Part shown: in pieces, positions 39,513-55,943 of the stretch
How the letters are laid out: each line of letters begins with the position of its first letter
How positions within the stretch are numbered: position 1 is the first letter of the stretch
DNA from: Tubulanus polymorphus
Taxonomy: Eukaryota > Animalia > Nemertea
Assembly (NCBI RefSeq): GCF_964204645.1
Contig: NC_134029.1
Location: 22,562,950 to 22,626,949, forward strand
Length of the DNA: 64,000 nt
Reading direction: 5' to 3'
Translations under genes and position numbers: made by a program
The notes under the pieces: generated by a model
The model's database searches: none
What the model saw: only the letters and a program-made list of their open reading frames with translations
What the model was told of the DNA's origin: nothing

Positions 39513-42500
39513 ATGGAGTTCGATACAGGAAATGTCATTCTAGATTCAAAATTGAAAGAGTGGATACTGTGGGACAAGGTATGACTGAATTCATTTTCTC
39601 TTTAAACAATTCCTAACCCAGGGGTGTAACGTGAAAAACCTGCATTAGAAGCCAAAATATTACACTTCATCAATGGCAGTAACAATAAGTATCGACGAAA
39701 ACCGATTTTCATGTTATTCGTTACTACAGATTCTTTTGAATTTTCAGAGCGAAAAAAGCTTGTCGGAAATACAGCAGTTATTGGAAGGTAAAGAATATGA
39801 AGAACTTGAGAAGAGATTATGTAAACGTATGGAATTTGGGACGGCAGGTGAGTTATATAGAATTAACTTGGTCCTGGTCCTGGACCCTGGTCAACTGCTC
39901 AAGTCACTAGTAATGGACTGTGCACAGTATTTTCACATTTAGATGATTTCACAAACCACTTTGTTGGAATAGACCCATCCAATAGCTTATTAACTAACAA
40001 CAATCGGAGTCACTATAACAAAACTGCTATAACTAACAAATTCTTGTTCTATGAATTTCTAGGCCTGCGAGCGAGAATGGGTGCGGGCTACTCAATGATG
40101 AATGATCTGACGATCGTTCAAACTGGGCAGGGATTGGCTTCATATTGTGAGAAAGTTTTCCCGGATATTCATCAAAAAGGAATAATTATTGGATACGACG
40201 CGCGTTACAACAGTTCAAAGTAAGAGATTAAACAAAACTTTTCTAAATTCACTGCGTATTTTTCTGAAAATCACCGACCGAAATACCTTTTTCTCATCCG
40301 TTTAGATTCGCTTGGCTTACTGCAAGTATTTTCCTACAAAAGAAAATTCCAGTCTACTTATTTTCAAGTATAACTCCTACTCCTTTCGTTGTAAGTATAA
40401 AATTCAATCTCATTATCGACTATTTTCTTGTTCTCTGATAGGCCTATATCTTTCTTTTCCGTTCTAGCCTTACGGAGTTCTTCACTATGGCTGTAAAGCA
40501 GGCATCATGGTGACTGCTTCGCATAATCCCAAGGAAGACAATGGATATAAGGTAAGCTCTTAGGCCCTATATATATGTAGTTATTCAATTCAGCTTGGGG
40601 ATATTCTTTAGTCTTCATATCATTATGTAAATCGTTTTTTCTTCTAGGTTTATTGGGACAATGGTTCACAGGTAAGAATTCATTCATTTATTCGTGTATC
40701 TCGCTTTATGTCATTTGGATCTTGGTTTCCTTAGATAAACCATTTGTGGCTGTGAGGAACGATAAAGAGATGTTTGAAATGGTTCTGTCAAAACCCTGTC
40801 GTTGTAAGTTGTAGGTTTAATCTCTCCGCATAATTACAGATAATTCCTCCACATGATTCGGGAATCTCTGCTGAAATACTCGCAAACTTGGAACCTTTAG
40901 AATCGTCGTGGGATACCAGTATCGTGGAAAAAAGCCAACTTTGTAAAGATCCGTACACTACGATAAAAATCAATTATTTTACCGATGTCACAAAACTCTG
41001 TCATCACAAGTAAGTATATTCATGTTGCTTTCAGTGTTATCAAAAATTCATAATAGTCTTTATGAATTTTTGGTGTTATTCATGCCAAATTGAACCTGAA
41101 AACCTTTCCTTTTACTTAAGGGGGCTGAATGGAATGACAAAGGTAAAATTTACCTATACCGCAATGCATGGAGTTGGATGGCATTTCTGCGAAGATTCAT
41201 TCAAAGCTTTTGGGTTGCCTCCGTTTATTCCAGTAACTGAGCAGGTAAATAGTTAATCGTAATCCTCTCTATTTACTGGGGACACATGATTTCTTATTGA
41301 CTATTCACTTTTCTAGGTAGAACCAGATCCTGAATTTCCAACAGTTCCCTTTCCAAACCCCGAAGAAGGGAAAAGCGCATTGGTAAATAATGAATGAATT
41401 TTAGGAACTCAACTTCACTCCTTCTGTTGGGATTTCTTTCGATTAATTCCAGTATTTTTTTCAGAATTTGTCGATATCAACTGCTGATAAGCATGGAAGC
41501 ACTGTTATATTAGCTAATGATCCAGATGCTGATCGTCTTGCAGTCGCTGAAAAACAACCGGAGTCAGTATTCATTGTCATTTCATAGAATTTAGACTCGA
41601 AAAACGATATTGATGTAATTCATTGAAAATGTATCATTTTAGTGGAAGCTGGAAGGTATTTACTGGCAATGAAATCGGAGCTCTTTTAGGATGGTGGATG
41701 TTCAGATGTTTCAAAGAAATAAATCCCGGTTCATTTGGTATGAAACATTTTAAACGAAGAGACAAGCATCGTGTTTCATTGTCTACTCGATGATGATTAA
41801 AAATACTTGCATTCTAGGACCTGATGTTTACATGTTATCGAGCACGGTATCATCTGCTATTCTGAAGTCTATTGCTAGTAAGGAAGGATTCAGTTTTGAA
41901 GTAAGCATGTATAACAAGTTGTCAGATTTCTTAGTTTCTGCCAAAAGTTTCTTTCAGTTGGTATTTTGTCTATTTTCAGGACACGCTGACAGGTTTTAAG
42001 TGGATGGGAAATCGAGCCGATGAGTTGATCAAAGATGGAAAAACGGTTCTGTTCGCTTTCGAGGAAGCCATTGGTAAATGCTTTGAGGCAACTACAGTGG
42101 AACCTCGTTATTACGGACTTCATAGGACCAGATAATCTGTTTAGATAGTTCGTTATATCCAGTATAGAATTTATCAAATTTTCTTGGTAAAAAATTCTAT
42201 ATTTGTTATATCCTATGAATTCAAGTTTGTTCCAACGAGGCCCAAATCAAATCTGAATTATTCCCGATAAGATAATCTAAAGCTTCAATTCTGAACTTGT
42301 TAAGGTTTTATGTGCGGAACTAATGTGCTGGATAAAGATGGCGTCAGTGCTTGTGCTGTTATGGCCGAGATGGCTACATGGTTAGAAGATAACGGGTTAA
42401 CGTTAACCCAGAAACTGAATGAAATTTATACGACGTAAGACGAATTTCCTCTAGCACACCCCCCGAGATTTCCGTAGTTGGTTCCATCGACAAATTTTAA

Positions 42501-43189
42501 ATATTTTCAGTTATGGGCACCACAAGAGCAACAATTCTTATTTCATTTGTCATCATAAACCAACGATCGACTCATTATTTAGCCGCCTTCGAAATTTTAG
42601 TGGAGAAAATACTGTAAGGATATAGTATCCCGAATTTTGAATCCAATCACGATATTTTTGTGGTTCTTGCGTGTAAATGATGTTTGTTTTATTCTTCAGT
42701 ATCCCACGCACATGGGAAAATATGCTATTAAATCCATTCGAGATTTAACGACTGGTTTCGATAACAATTTCTCTGATAATCGTGCTGTAAGTTCGACCAC
42801 ATATTTGGTAATAGCTTTTCTACAAATGTCTTCCAACTCACTGAAATTCACTATTGATTATATTTTTGTAGAGATTACCTGTTAGTAAATCCAGTCATAT
42901 GATCACATTTCAATTTGAGAATGGATGCGTACTGACCCTACGTACGAGCGGGACTGAACCAAAAATCAAATTCTACACGGAGTTCTGCGCCGATCCCAGT
43001 AAAAAGTAAGTCGTATGTCGAGGCGAAAAGCGATTCGAAAACAATTCGTAATCCGAGCCTGATTATATCTTTATCTCGTATAGTTTAAATCCTGATGACG
43101 TGGTACAAGAACTGGAACTAATGGTGAAAGCGTTGATCGACGATTTCCTTCAACCGGAAAAGAATAATTTGATCTGGCGAAAATCTTAA
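39513..43189 (+). CDS. PGM2: Phosphoglucomutase-2 / phosphopentomutase family, multi-exon
   Basis: [24 protein letters not shown], catalytic [96 protein letters not shown]2 and PGM2L1 are not separable in invertebrates. Confidence 0.93.
42093..42243. mobile_element. Tc1/mariner-type MITE in a PGM2 intron
   Basis: TACAGTGGAACCTCGTTAT start shared with the 19714 copy; degenerate CCAACGAGG end. Confidence 0.6.
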
Positions 43190-43289
43190 AATATATACTG
43201 TATACCGGTATATGTATGTGTAGATAATTATGATCTCAAGACTATTATCCTCAATGTGCTATAAAGTCTATACGTTTCAACATTTTCGC

Positions 43290-43578
43290 TTAACCCTTTC
43301 AGTGCTGACTAATTAATACCCTATAGTGCTAGAGAAAATTTGAAAATTCTAAAAAATTCCACCCTAGTGTGTTGAACAATGAGAATACCACTATAGTGCG
43401 TCTACACCGCAGTGCGGTGTATTGTTAGTTACTAGTATTTCACTATGTTTGACACTTGCTGCCATTTTTCAATAGAGATAATTACAAATTACATCAATAC
43501 ACCGCAGTGCGGTGTACTAGCAAAATCCATCACTGATTTATACACCGCACTGCGGTGTAGACGCACTGAAAGGGTTAA
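43290..43578. mobile_element. piggyBac-type MITE (TTAA TSD), copy 2
   Basis: TTAA|CCCTTTCAGTGC ... GCACTGAAAGGG|TTAA, highly similar to 21491-21758. Confidence 0.88.
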
Positions 43579-44275
43579 TGGAATGTGGTGTTGTTGATAT
43601 TTACATATATCTTTGTGGTTGTTAACTGTTTTTGATTTTCTTACATACCGTATTATTGTTGGTGTAGATTGCATTTTTATAGATTTCCCCGGTATAGTAT
43701 GATCGATACACGACAATCTTATGAGTCTCAGCCTCGCTGCACTCCTAAAAAAAGGCTACCGATGATTCTATTTTCATACGTACTTAGTCTTCCGTTATAT
43801 TTATTAAATGCGATCAAATTTCTTAAACTCTGAATTTCCATCGAAAAGTATACACATCAGCAACATTCCTTTAAAATGAGTTTAAGTAAATAACAGTATT
43901 CTTAGGAATAGATACGTTGTAATTAACTGTACTAAGATAACATGTATCCTAACAAAATGTTTTAACTTCTGTATTATGTATCCTATGTCACCGTTAGCCA
44001 GGACCCGGTTTGCCTGTGAGGAGTTTAGATTTGACTCGGAGTTAACTCACTGATAATCGTAGCTCGCGGTAAACTCCTACTCATTCCTGTGGTACAGGAT
44101 CCAGTAGGTTTGATATGTGGTTGTTTTCAATTCATGCGATGTGATAATGTTAAATCATCTTGAAATGTTATTTATTTCATTAGATATATATATAAAAGTT
44201 TACAATTCATCAACGAATGCTTTTGACTGTCAGTATTCTCTGGCAGTGATATGTGAAGTAAAACTATAATTTCAA

Positions 44276-45086
44276 TCAATCTTGCGACATCATTTTTTGC
44301 TGCTGCTGTTTTTGTTGTAATGACTGCAGAAACCTTGTTTTATCATATGTCCGTTGATAGGCTGAAATGTGAAATAAAATTCTATAACTTAAGATAAAAT
44401 TTGTCAGTTTTGAATCAATGGAAATTCATTCGTACCATAAGGGAAATACCTAACGATCATTTCTATGTTCGTATTCATCTTTAGAATTCGCACAGCCTAA
44501 TAGACAAAATAATGTGATTGAATATATTATTCTAATCATTCTGATTGATCTCTTGATGAAATGGTTCAGTTATTTTACCTCTGAATGTGCGATATTCTCA
44601 AAACTCTGGTCGTTCACTGACATTATCTGATCACCTTGTCTCAATCCAAGTTTTTCCAGTCCACTTCCCGGTACGACTTTAGAGATGAAGACACCGCAGT
44701 GAAATTCTTTTCCGCCTCTTACATTAAATCCCAGCTGGAAATAAGAGAAGTTGAGTTACAGAATCTGTATCAGTTGTAGACATAAAGGGAAGCCAAATCG
44801 GCCTACATACCTGGTCAGATGCTTTGCTCCGTTTCAAAAATACTGTCCTCGGTAAAAACTGATGTATGTTGCTCTCATATGTCGGGTTATTTTCACGCTT
44901 GAATTAAGATGGATATGATTAAGAGTTTTTGAACAGTAAATTAAATACTCATCGAGGTGAAGTCGAGGATGAATTGATTTTGTCAGCTTTTCTCCCAGTA
45001 ATTACCTGGTGCGATGGAATCCATGCAGGTGGATGCTCATACGGTGGTAAATCAGCTTTAATCAATTCTCTATGTGAGGGATACAT
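44276..45086 (-). CDS. PDZD11: PDZ domain-containing protein 11, 5 exons
   Basis: Absent from the ORF track. Spliced: MYPSHRELIKADLPPYEHPPAWIPSHQ-RENNPTYESNIHQFLPRTVFLKR...LGFNVRGGKEFHCGVFISKVVPGS...GLRQGDQIMSVNDQSFENIAHSEAVRILK...VRYFPYAYQR. Carries the PDZD11 signature LPxYExPPAWIP. Confidence 0.93.
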
Positions 45087-45374
45087 TTCAATTAGTCAAA
45101 GTTTTAGCAGCGCTTCATTTTTGACAGCTGTTTGTTTACAGCGGAAAGGGTCTTATTTCCGGTAACATACACGATCGCCCTCTAGTGTCGAATACAGATA
45201 GCACTAAAGGTTTTTCTAAAAATATTGATCTCAAAACGGAAATTGTATACATTGATATACCGGTAATATACTCTTCGATAAAAATTAATTTCATAATAGC
45301 CAAATGTGATGACTTTGTCTGAATAAATCCTACTTGGATTGGATTGTCCCCATTCTGCAGCGCCCTCCAACGGA

Positions 45375-45387
45375 CTTTCTCTTCACT
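45375..45387 (+). promoter_or_regulatory. TCT initiator / 5'TOP pyrimidine tract of RPS3A
   Basis: CTTTTCTCTTC tract about 25 nt upstream of a ribosomal protein ATG. Confidence 0.6.
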
Positions 45388-45400
45388 AACCGAGTCAATC

Positions 45401-47648
<2,248 letters not shown>

Positions 47649-47944
47649 TTTGTCAATGGGAAATAAAATGTTTATATGATTCCCGTGGAGAAATTTGTTC
47701 TTGAATTTTCTGTTGATGATGATGATGATGATGATTTCAGAAATTACCCAGACTTGGTATATATCAATCTCTCGACCTGTGTCTAGAATGGTCAAAATCC
47801 TGGATGGGAGCTGCAAACAATACCCTAGGCTCGAAGTGGATGGAAAATACCCAGTAGGTTGGATCTCAATCAGTTTGTATAAAAATGTTATCATTTTTTT
47901 AGATCCCAGATGAATATAAAAATACCATGCAGGTTATTTACTAA

Positions 47945-48164
47945 GGCCAAAAAAAATTGATACCTTGTTTCTCCGCTCTGCTGAGCTTAAATGTTGACCC
48001 GGCCGGCCGCCTATCTACCCTATACATTACTTTTTTTAAAATCGTGATCAATTTCACCATAACAGACCCGGCCGCTATAGAAATGAACTGTTTATAAATT
48101 TAATCATATTTTACAAAAATGACCCGGCCGCTGCGGAGAAACAAGGTATCATTTTTGTTTAGCC
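47945..48164. mobile_element. PIF/Harbinger-type MITE (TAA TSD)
   Basis: TAA|GGCCAAAAAAAATTGATACCTTGTTTCTCCGC ... GCGGAGAAACAAGGTATCATTTTTGTTTAGCC|TAA, with internal GACCCGGCCG three times. Confidence 0.85.
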
Positions 48165-49274
48165 TAAAGGATCATGGAAAAATAGAAGTGGGTGTATCGA
48201 TCTGTGAAATCAATACATGTACTAAGCAGAAGTGTTTTACTCCCTCTCTGACCAAGTATTAGTATGTAGGATTAGGACATTTTTACACTCCATTTCTATG
48301 GTACATGGAGGAAGACGTATACAAGTCTAAGTATACAATATTTGCAATTAACAAAGTATAAACGTGTATGTCGGAATCACATTTGCGTGACGTCCTGGCG
48401 ATACATACTATAGAAATGATCCCTAGAATCGGCAAGTGCTGCCCCCACACACCGATGACGGTGAATACGTGAACTAACTTCATGAATCGCATGCCAGAGT
48501 AGCGATTTCATTTTTTCAGTAGACCGGCATCAGCATACCGTATACACACATTTATCGTTAGACGTAGAAGATGTAGTCAAGAGAATGGTATTCGAATGCC
48601 TTCGATTTTCAAATGAATGAATTTACAACAAATTATCTGTATTACTAAAAACTGTAATGAACTGTATTCATATTTGTATTGCTACATGGATTTCTAGGCT
48701 TTTGAGCAATGAAGGCATAATTACCCTACCCCCCCCCCCCTAGACTAGTTTTAGTCAGAGTTAAATGGTTGTTAATTTCCAGGCAAGTCGCTGCATTTGT
48801 TACGGTGTGATTTTCATTCACTTAGTATACATACGGATACTTGTGTCAGCGGAAGGCAATTGTAAAAAGATCATTACACCGCGCAACCTCGTATAACGAA
48901 CTCGGATATAACAAATAATAAAGATTTTCGTCCCAAGTAAGAAAACTTAATTAATTTCATACTGGATATAACGAACTTCGGTTATAAGGACTATATTTGC
49001 TGGCCCCGTAAGCGGTTCTTAGGTTCCAGTATCATGGCCTTGATAATTGTGACAAAGAAATAAGATACGGATTTCGCCGTTTGACTGAGATAATCGTACA
49101 GAACTACCGTAGCGATTGGGAAATTAGAGTGAAAATATAGCTGCAAAGCAGCGATAACGGGTTTTTAGAATCCTTTCAACGGTCAACACGCAAGGTCGAC
49201 AAACAGTCAATTATACCTACTTGAAACGTTATCAGTAGACCAATGATCAAGTGGTGGACTATGGTTCTTGCATG

Positions 49275-49340
49275 GCATTGGTCTACTGGTAAGCACGATA
49301 ACGTCTACGTACGAGACGCGGTTCGATCCCAGCGAGTCCT
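49275..49340 (+). mobile_element. tRNA-derived SINE head / pseudo-tRNA
   Basis: A-box-like TGGTCTACTGG (49279-49289) and B box GGTTCGATCCC (49320-49330), without proper acceptor or anticodon stems. Confidence 0.5.
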
Positions 49341-49481
49341 ATATGCGTAAACAACCAGTCGAGTACTAATAAACACTAGTTTCAAAATAAAGCGTTAATA
49401 AATTATTAGTTTATTGTATCTAAAATAAAATTGACATTGTATCTAAAATACAATTGACACACACCACAAGCACACGTATAC

Positions 49482-49591
49482 TAGTCAGTAACCTGTCTGT
49501 GGTTTAGTTTCACGATCAGATATTTTCACAAACCACATATAAGGTTGGTATAATCCGATTATAAAAAGCTTACCACCAACGATTAGGTAAC
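49482..49591. mobile_element. MITE family B, copy 3
   Basis: Nearly identical to 5212-5328. Confidence 0.78.
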
Positions 49592-50008
49592 GTATGGCGG
49601 ATACCCGAACATGCTGAAGATACACGTTCAGCCGGATGTGTGTGATAATGGTACGTGAATTGACAAAACATTTATCACGTTACATTGTTGTGATGACTAA
49701 TTTCTTCAATGATCTTGAAATAGGGAATCATCCTCTTATATTGATAAATTTTGACTATATGACCTGTCAAAACGTCAAATAAATATATCAGTTCAAGGAA
49801 ATGTATACGCAATCGTTTTTTCTTCGTATTGATTTTGTACTTTCATCTGATATTCTTTTCTTATGTATGAACCTTATTTACATTATCAGTTTGCATGATT
49901 TTCTAGAGTTCAATAACCTTAGATGATATTGCAATACAGATGCATGCATCACCGGGAGACTGGTAACACTGCGCTATTGACGTCGGGGCGGCTCCAAAAG
50001 TTCACATA

Positions 50009-50108
50009 CTCCCTCGGCAGGGATTCCAACCTGATGGTATCGCTACCTGGCCACAACACGAACCGTGGCAATCTCGGTGCCATCAGGTTCGAATCCCAGC
50101 CGGGTGAG
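50009..50108. repeat. Fold-back repeat built from two opposed tRNA T-arm/B-box modules
   Basis: 31-nt arms CTCCCTCGGCAGGGATTCCAACCTGATGGTA / TGCCATCAGGTTCGAATCCCAGCCGGGTGAG. Internally deleted relative at 56409-56465. Confidence 0.65.
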
Positions 50109-50743
50109 GATGACTAGGGAGGAGCACTAAAGAAGTTGGACCCACAATCCCGGGACAAGAAGGAGAACATTATTCCAGAAACAATGCGCTAAAAAGGCTC
50201 GGTCCAGAATTTCTCCCTGACACTTTTGGGGAGCACGTGACCCGGTGCTCTAAATCCGCCCCTGCACGTCGTACACTTTGTTGATCACAGTTGATATTTT
50301 TTCACCATACGTCAATCAATCTCGAACTGAATAGCATCAATATATCATATATAAAAATCTTTATTCGGTACAAACAATTGAAGTGGATTGATTTGCACCA
50401 AAGTATTATCAAAATCACAGTCTTCAATCAGTGCGTCATACGCAAAGTTACACTGACTCAACACATTTTTGAGCGCTTTTCGTCAAGCTAGAATTAACGC
50501 GTGCATAAGTTAATTGTTTAAGCCGACGATTTCGGGCCTAACCCACTGACACCGGGATTTATTCAGAAAATAAAAGAATATATACATGTATGTCTAATCA
50601 CAACATTTTGGTCATGGGTGGCGCTGGTTGCGTTTTCTCCAGCTTACTCTTATTCTACGAAAATAGATTATTTATGTAGAATTACTTAGTTATGTTGGTT
50701 TATATAACAGCGTTCAAAATATACAATGTCTGTGAGGTCTTAT

Positions 50744-53700
50744 CTACACGGCCGGCGTAACTTGTGTTTCCTCGGAACTGCCGTAGTTATGTTTCGCCTT
50801 CTTCTCATTTATAACGAGAGTTTCCTCGGATGGCTTGCCCTGAAATATAGAATCGTCCCCATTGTTGAATAATACGGATCGTCTAGTTACATCAGAGGCG
50901 CATTTGTTTGAATTCGGTTTGAGTCAGCTGACCGCGGAAATCTGCTTACGGCCGTGTTGAAAAGTCTGTTTGATGTTGCAAACCGCTCGCAAAGCGGTTT
51001 AGACGGTTTGCGCGAATTGCGCCTGAACAAAGACGCCGGTTTACGCAAACCGGCTCAGAAACCGGTAGCGTCAAAGACGATTTTCCCACTAACCGGTTCC
51101 AAACAAATGCGCCTCTGGGTTTACAAAAGAAAATATTTCATGTTTTCATTTACCCGACACCAGACTTTGCGCTTGTAACCATAAATGATTCCGATTGTAG
51201 TTATTACGAAACCAATACATATCATACAGATTTTCACCCAGAAACCGATAGTTAACGGTAATACCAGTTCATTTCTCATTTTACTGGCTAAAGCATCTGT
51301 CAACGTAGCACTCTGTGGAAAGAATAGAAAATCGAATTGAAATATGAATGGAGATAAAAATTGTGAATTATATAACATCGAAATAAATATATCTTGATCT
51401 AAGAACCTAATATACATGATTATATAAATTGTATAAAATCGGAAAAGTTATTTAGTATCAAGAAATCTATGTTGCCAGACAATCTCTCGCGTGAAGTGGT
51501 TAGATAGAGCCCCATGTTTATTCACACGCAAATCGAAAGAAATACCCTGAACTTGATGATTTTTATCAAACATTTGCACACAACTCAGGAACACGTGAAT
51601 CAATTTCTGCGTCGATTCTCGGAAATATATTTTGAAAAATACTGACCGCTTCGAACCAGGCCAGTGGATAAAACGTAGGTCGTAGATTCTTCATCGAACT
51701 AAAACGAAATTATCACTTGGAAATGTGCACAATCGTATCTGATCCACATCTTTGCGGTGCATGGATTGAAAAATTCGACTTTGGCAACTGAAACTTACTC
51801 AATGCCTTTGTAGTTCTCATAATAAATATTGATTTGGAATTTCATCTTGGCAGACATTCCTACTCCAGTATACTAGAAAATATTCATAGAATAGGTTGTT
51901 GCCACATGACGTGATCATGAAATGATAAATCGTGTTTGGATATATTTTTTCACTGACTGGCTCGACGTCGATTCTAGTAGCATGGTTCTCCTTATTCGGA
52001 TGGATACCGATAATAGCGTCGATGTATTTAGACGCGGCATTGTAAAAATGCGGTTCCGACATGAACACCGGAGCGCCTACAATAAATAAATTAGTAAATC
52101 AGGCTCGTATAAGATAAACATATGATTTATGAAATTAGTCCACTCATTGATTTTTATGTCTTCAGATATGTGCGATTATAATTCACTTCATGGAGCAAAG
52201 TTAAGATTAGGTCAATGCCACGTCTGAGTGGTTTAGAAATTTGAAAATATGTTTGAAGTTAAGTTGACAATGATAACCTTGTCTACAGTGGCTGACATTC
52301 AACACTCCTGAGTCGAGGCAATGACCGTCGTCAGGCATACAAAATCCTATATTATCCGGATTTATCGTCGCGTTGGCGTAAACGCTCGCTGGCTGGACAA
52401 ATCTTAATAAGTCGACCCCCTTCAATTGAACTCGGCTGTCGAATTTTATATAAAATGACCTAGGAGAGAATTCAAATCTTATCACGTGACCTGCTGTGGT
52501 TTCTTAGAAAAAATACAACCTTAGTGTACACGAAAATGAACGAAAAACAGTGAAATGGCTTTTTAATTGAAAAGAGCACTCATGAGCGCGCTTTTTGGAT
52601 GTTTTTATCCGATATATTAAAATCGATAACGAATTCAAATGAAAAACAAGAGCGCAGCAAATAAGAATAAGATTTTTTGTTGTAAATTAAGAAAGATTGT
52701 AGGCCTACAAAATTTATTTCCGACCTACCTGCAAACTCCCGAATTGAAAATATAAAGTGTTTCCGATTCATCGATAAATGGATGCCACATCGTTCCATCT
52801 GGTAAATTTGAAAAGATTAAATCATTCATATTAACAAAAAATTCATGATTCACAGCCAGCATTTTAGTCTAAGATGAAACAGGCACCTGTTGAACCTTGT
52901 ATTCGGTTACAATACGGTGTCCTCCAAAAAGACAACTCGCTGAAACAGACAATAAATTCCAAATTATAGGCGGAAATTCGTTAATATTGGATGGGAATAA
53001 GGAATTACATCAAATCACCTTTGACCATTATATCTGTCCAGTGTATTGAACTTCATGATATCTTTGACGCCGGTGTATATATTATGTACGCCATCATCAG
53101 AACCATTTTGCTAGAATAATAAAACACTTGAATGATATTTACGAATCAAAAGTCAATCAATCTAAAGTGGTTTCTCTGTACTTAATAATCTTCCGATTTC
53201 TGTTTATTACTTTATTACTCTTTATCTCTTACTCCGATAAATATTCCTATCGTTTCGGGAACATCGACACCAATCGCTTTCATAAGTGGAGCGATTTTCT
53301 TCAAAAACGGATCTTCGTATCCCCAGATCATATCTTTAACCGTCAAAGTTCTAAACATATTCTCTCCTGCCAGCTTCAGAAATTCCTCCAGAAGCAATCT
53401 TGCCGCCGGCCCAAGTTTCTCGAAAGTTTTTTGATATAGATCCGCCACCGTCTAAATTATAATAATGATAATCATCTATTTCCTACATAGTATAATCTAT
53501 GCACCCTTACATAAGATAAGACACTTTTTTTAAATTAATAAAAGTACAATACTCGGTGAAATGCAACACATTAAGAAATTTGAAATTGGCCCTTTAAATT
53601 AGAAATTTGACGAGAACATACGGGTATCGTCGCTTAAGCAAATGACAGAGAAACAAATATTACCGCAAGGACCATGTTGAGAGCTGTGAAAGTATCATTT

Positions 53701-54487
53701 TCTTTTCCGCCCGACAATTCAGGAACGAAAACATATGTAACTGGTTGTGTATAGGATACCGTCGAATTAGGATTAAACGTCACATTCGCCTTCGATATCA
53801 ACTGCCTGAATTCAAAAGTAATGCATACATCCGCGGTAACTGCGGTATCTTCTTTGAAGTTCACGGCAGCTGATTATTCAGTCATTTTCTACAACTTTTT
53901 TCTCGTTTTTTTTTTTCATATCAAACTTGAACTTCGATGCTAGGCGATGTAGTGGTAATTGAGTTTAGAGTTCAAAGTGAGTCTAATTGAGCCTATCCAA
54001 ATGCCTGATTAGTTTCAAACAAATATTCATAATTTTTTCTTTAGAATGGAGTACCAAATCTATATATACACCACGTCTTATAATCACCTGTAGACGTATG
54101 GCCCTTTCTCCAGCACGCTCGGCTTCGCTCCTGCCATTGTTTCATCTTTATTCAATAGATCGAATACGTAAAAATTCATATAAACCGGAACAGGAGGGTA
54201 TTCCCACGTTTTGACCGCCTCGGATCCTTCAGCGAACGGAATATCCTGATGATCAAGAGAATATCATCGAATTGTGAACAAATGCATGCGACAAAGAACG
54301 TTTTAATAATAATCGATGGCAAAACAGAACTAGCACAGAGAAAAGGTCTATATACCTTATCCATTCCGGAGCGTATAACAGCTGGTATTACTGGGAATAG
54401 AATTACGCCAAACGCTATCAATGCAATCCCAACAATAACAACTACCACAGCCTTAGCCAAAACACTGAGAACCATCTTTTTAGACAT
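50744..54487 (-). CDS. CD36 / class B scavenger receptor (LIMP-2-like) paralog A, multi-exon
   Basis: N-terminal TM, WEYPPVPVYMNF, VLEKGPYVYR, MIWGYEDPFL, DGTMWHPFID, CLDSGVLNVSHC, APVFMSEPHFYNA, IDVEP, FIPLAWFE, C-terminal TM; tail GKPSEETLVINEKK...VTPAV*. Confidence 0.92.
50893..51117. mobile_element. MITE in the last intron of SCARB paralog A
   Basis: TIR CAGAGGCGCATTTGTTTG / CAAACAAATGCGCCTCTG, with internal repeated AAACCG/CGGTTT motifs. Confidence 0.75.
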
Positions 54488-54676
54488 ACGAACGATCGAA
54501 TTATGCGTGTCCTATATGTGCGGGCTACATACATATAGTCTGTGATGAAGGTATAGTGCCGAATGTTGTGTAATCGCGGAAGTAGTCTATCGATTAGCCT
54601 AATAAAGCAACGAATAGTACAAATAAGTAACGTCGGCCTTGGCCCCCTTTTTGTATGTTGAGCTTTGTCATTCACA

Positions 54677-54680
54677 CGCT

Positions 54681-54723
<43 letters not shown>

Positions 54724-54726
54724 GCA
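54677..54726. repeat. (CACG)n microsatellite
   Basis: Run of GCAC/CACG tetramers. Confidence 0.95.
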
Positions 54727-55512
54727 TACACGGAGTCGATGTGCACACGACATCAATATTGGCGTTTCAAAATTGAATTTTGGTGTTTATTTTTTAATTC
54801 GATATATTTCATAAATCTCATTTTGTTTTTGATAAATTTTGATAAATTATAACAATCATTTTTGAATATATAATTTGTTGTCGATAACGATAAGCAATAA
54901 CGGGTTATTTTTCAAAACGTCAACAAACTTTAATCTTAGTCGTCTTATTTGTGCAACCAACGAATCTGGGTGTAGGAACATGGTACATACCTTGGCAGTG
55001 TATCCGATTTCCGTCTGGCCGCCGTGTCACGCTTACTGAACAGACATAATCATAATGACGTCGCAAGTTTGAAAGTAAAGTTGAAAATTAATGACACGAA
55101 TTTACCACTCATAGCGACCCCGGAGAAATGAGATTACAATTGCGTGCGTGCTTCGTTTTATCTTGTACCAAATCGAAATCGCGGGAAAATGGTTTCATTT
55201 TGTAGCGTTATCTTTATTTTACCAATCGTTACTTTCCGTCACCTGCTACATGTGCTTCATTAATCGGTATGGCCCGAAATTGAATCATAATCATGATCAT
55301 GATCTCGTTGACACGTGGTAAAGAGCCCGGTCCTTGTGGAATAAATCCTTAATTTCCCATCCTCCGAAAATTAACAGGTCTTCTAATGAGAGAGTCATTC
55401 ATTAAACGATTTAAAACGAAATGAATGGCGCCTGCAATAATAAACAACACAATTCATATATAAAAATTCTTTATTTGCATAACTGATTGGTCTGCAATAT
55501 AAAATGTGAGGA

Positions 55513-55943
55513 CTGTTAGGAGACTGAGATATATTGTTATTAGGAATTTGGGGTAAAAAGCTGAAAAAATGCGGTCGGCAGTGAGTCCCGGTTTTACTCT
55601 ACATTCGATAATTTCAATTGCAATTTCAATTTATTCATCATAAATCCATATGTCCCCCTTATATACTGTGGTTTGTTTTGACTACAGCTGATGACCAAGT
55701 TTGAACACATTTCATTAATAATCCAAGTATTATGTAAAATATCAATCCACCCTATTTGAACAACTAATTCCTCAACTAAATAAAATTATGTGATCTGACG
55801 TGAGTGTTACCTAATACGTCACATACTCACATGAACTGTCATGTGTAAATTTATATAATAATTAAATGACCCAGTGACCTAGTACCATGTTTCAGCTTTC
55901 TACCCCAAATTCCTAATAACAATATATCTCAATCTTCTAACAG
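55513..55943. mobile_element. Element with about 54-bp terminal inverted repeats
   Basis: CTGTTAGGAGACTGAGATATATTGTTATTAGGAATTTGGGGTAAAAAGCTGAAA at 55513-55566 and its near-perfect reverse complement at 55890-55943. Confidence 0.75.

Noticed and set aside
49275-49340. Possible tRNA gene
   Set aside because: A and B boxes are present but no consistent cloverleaf; treated as a SINE head.
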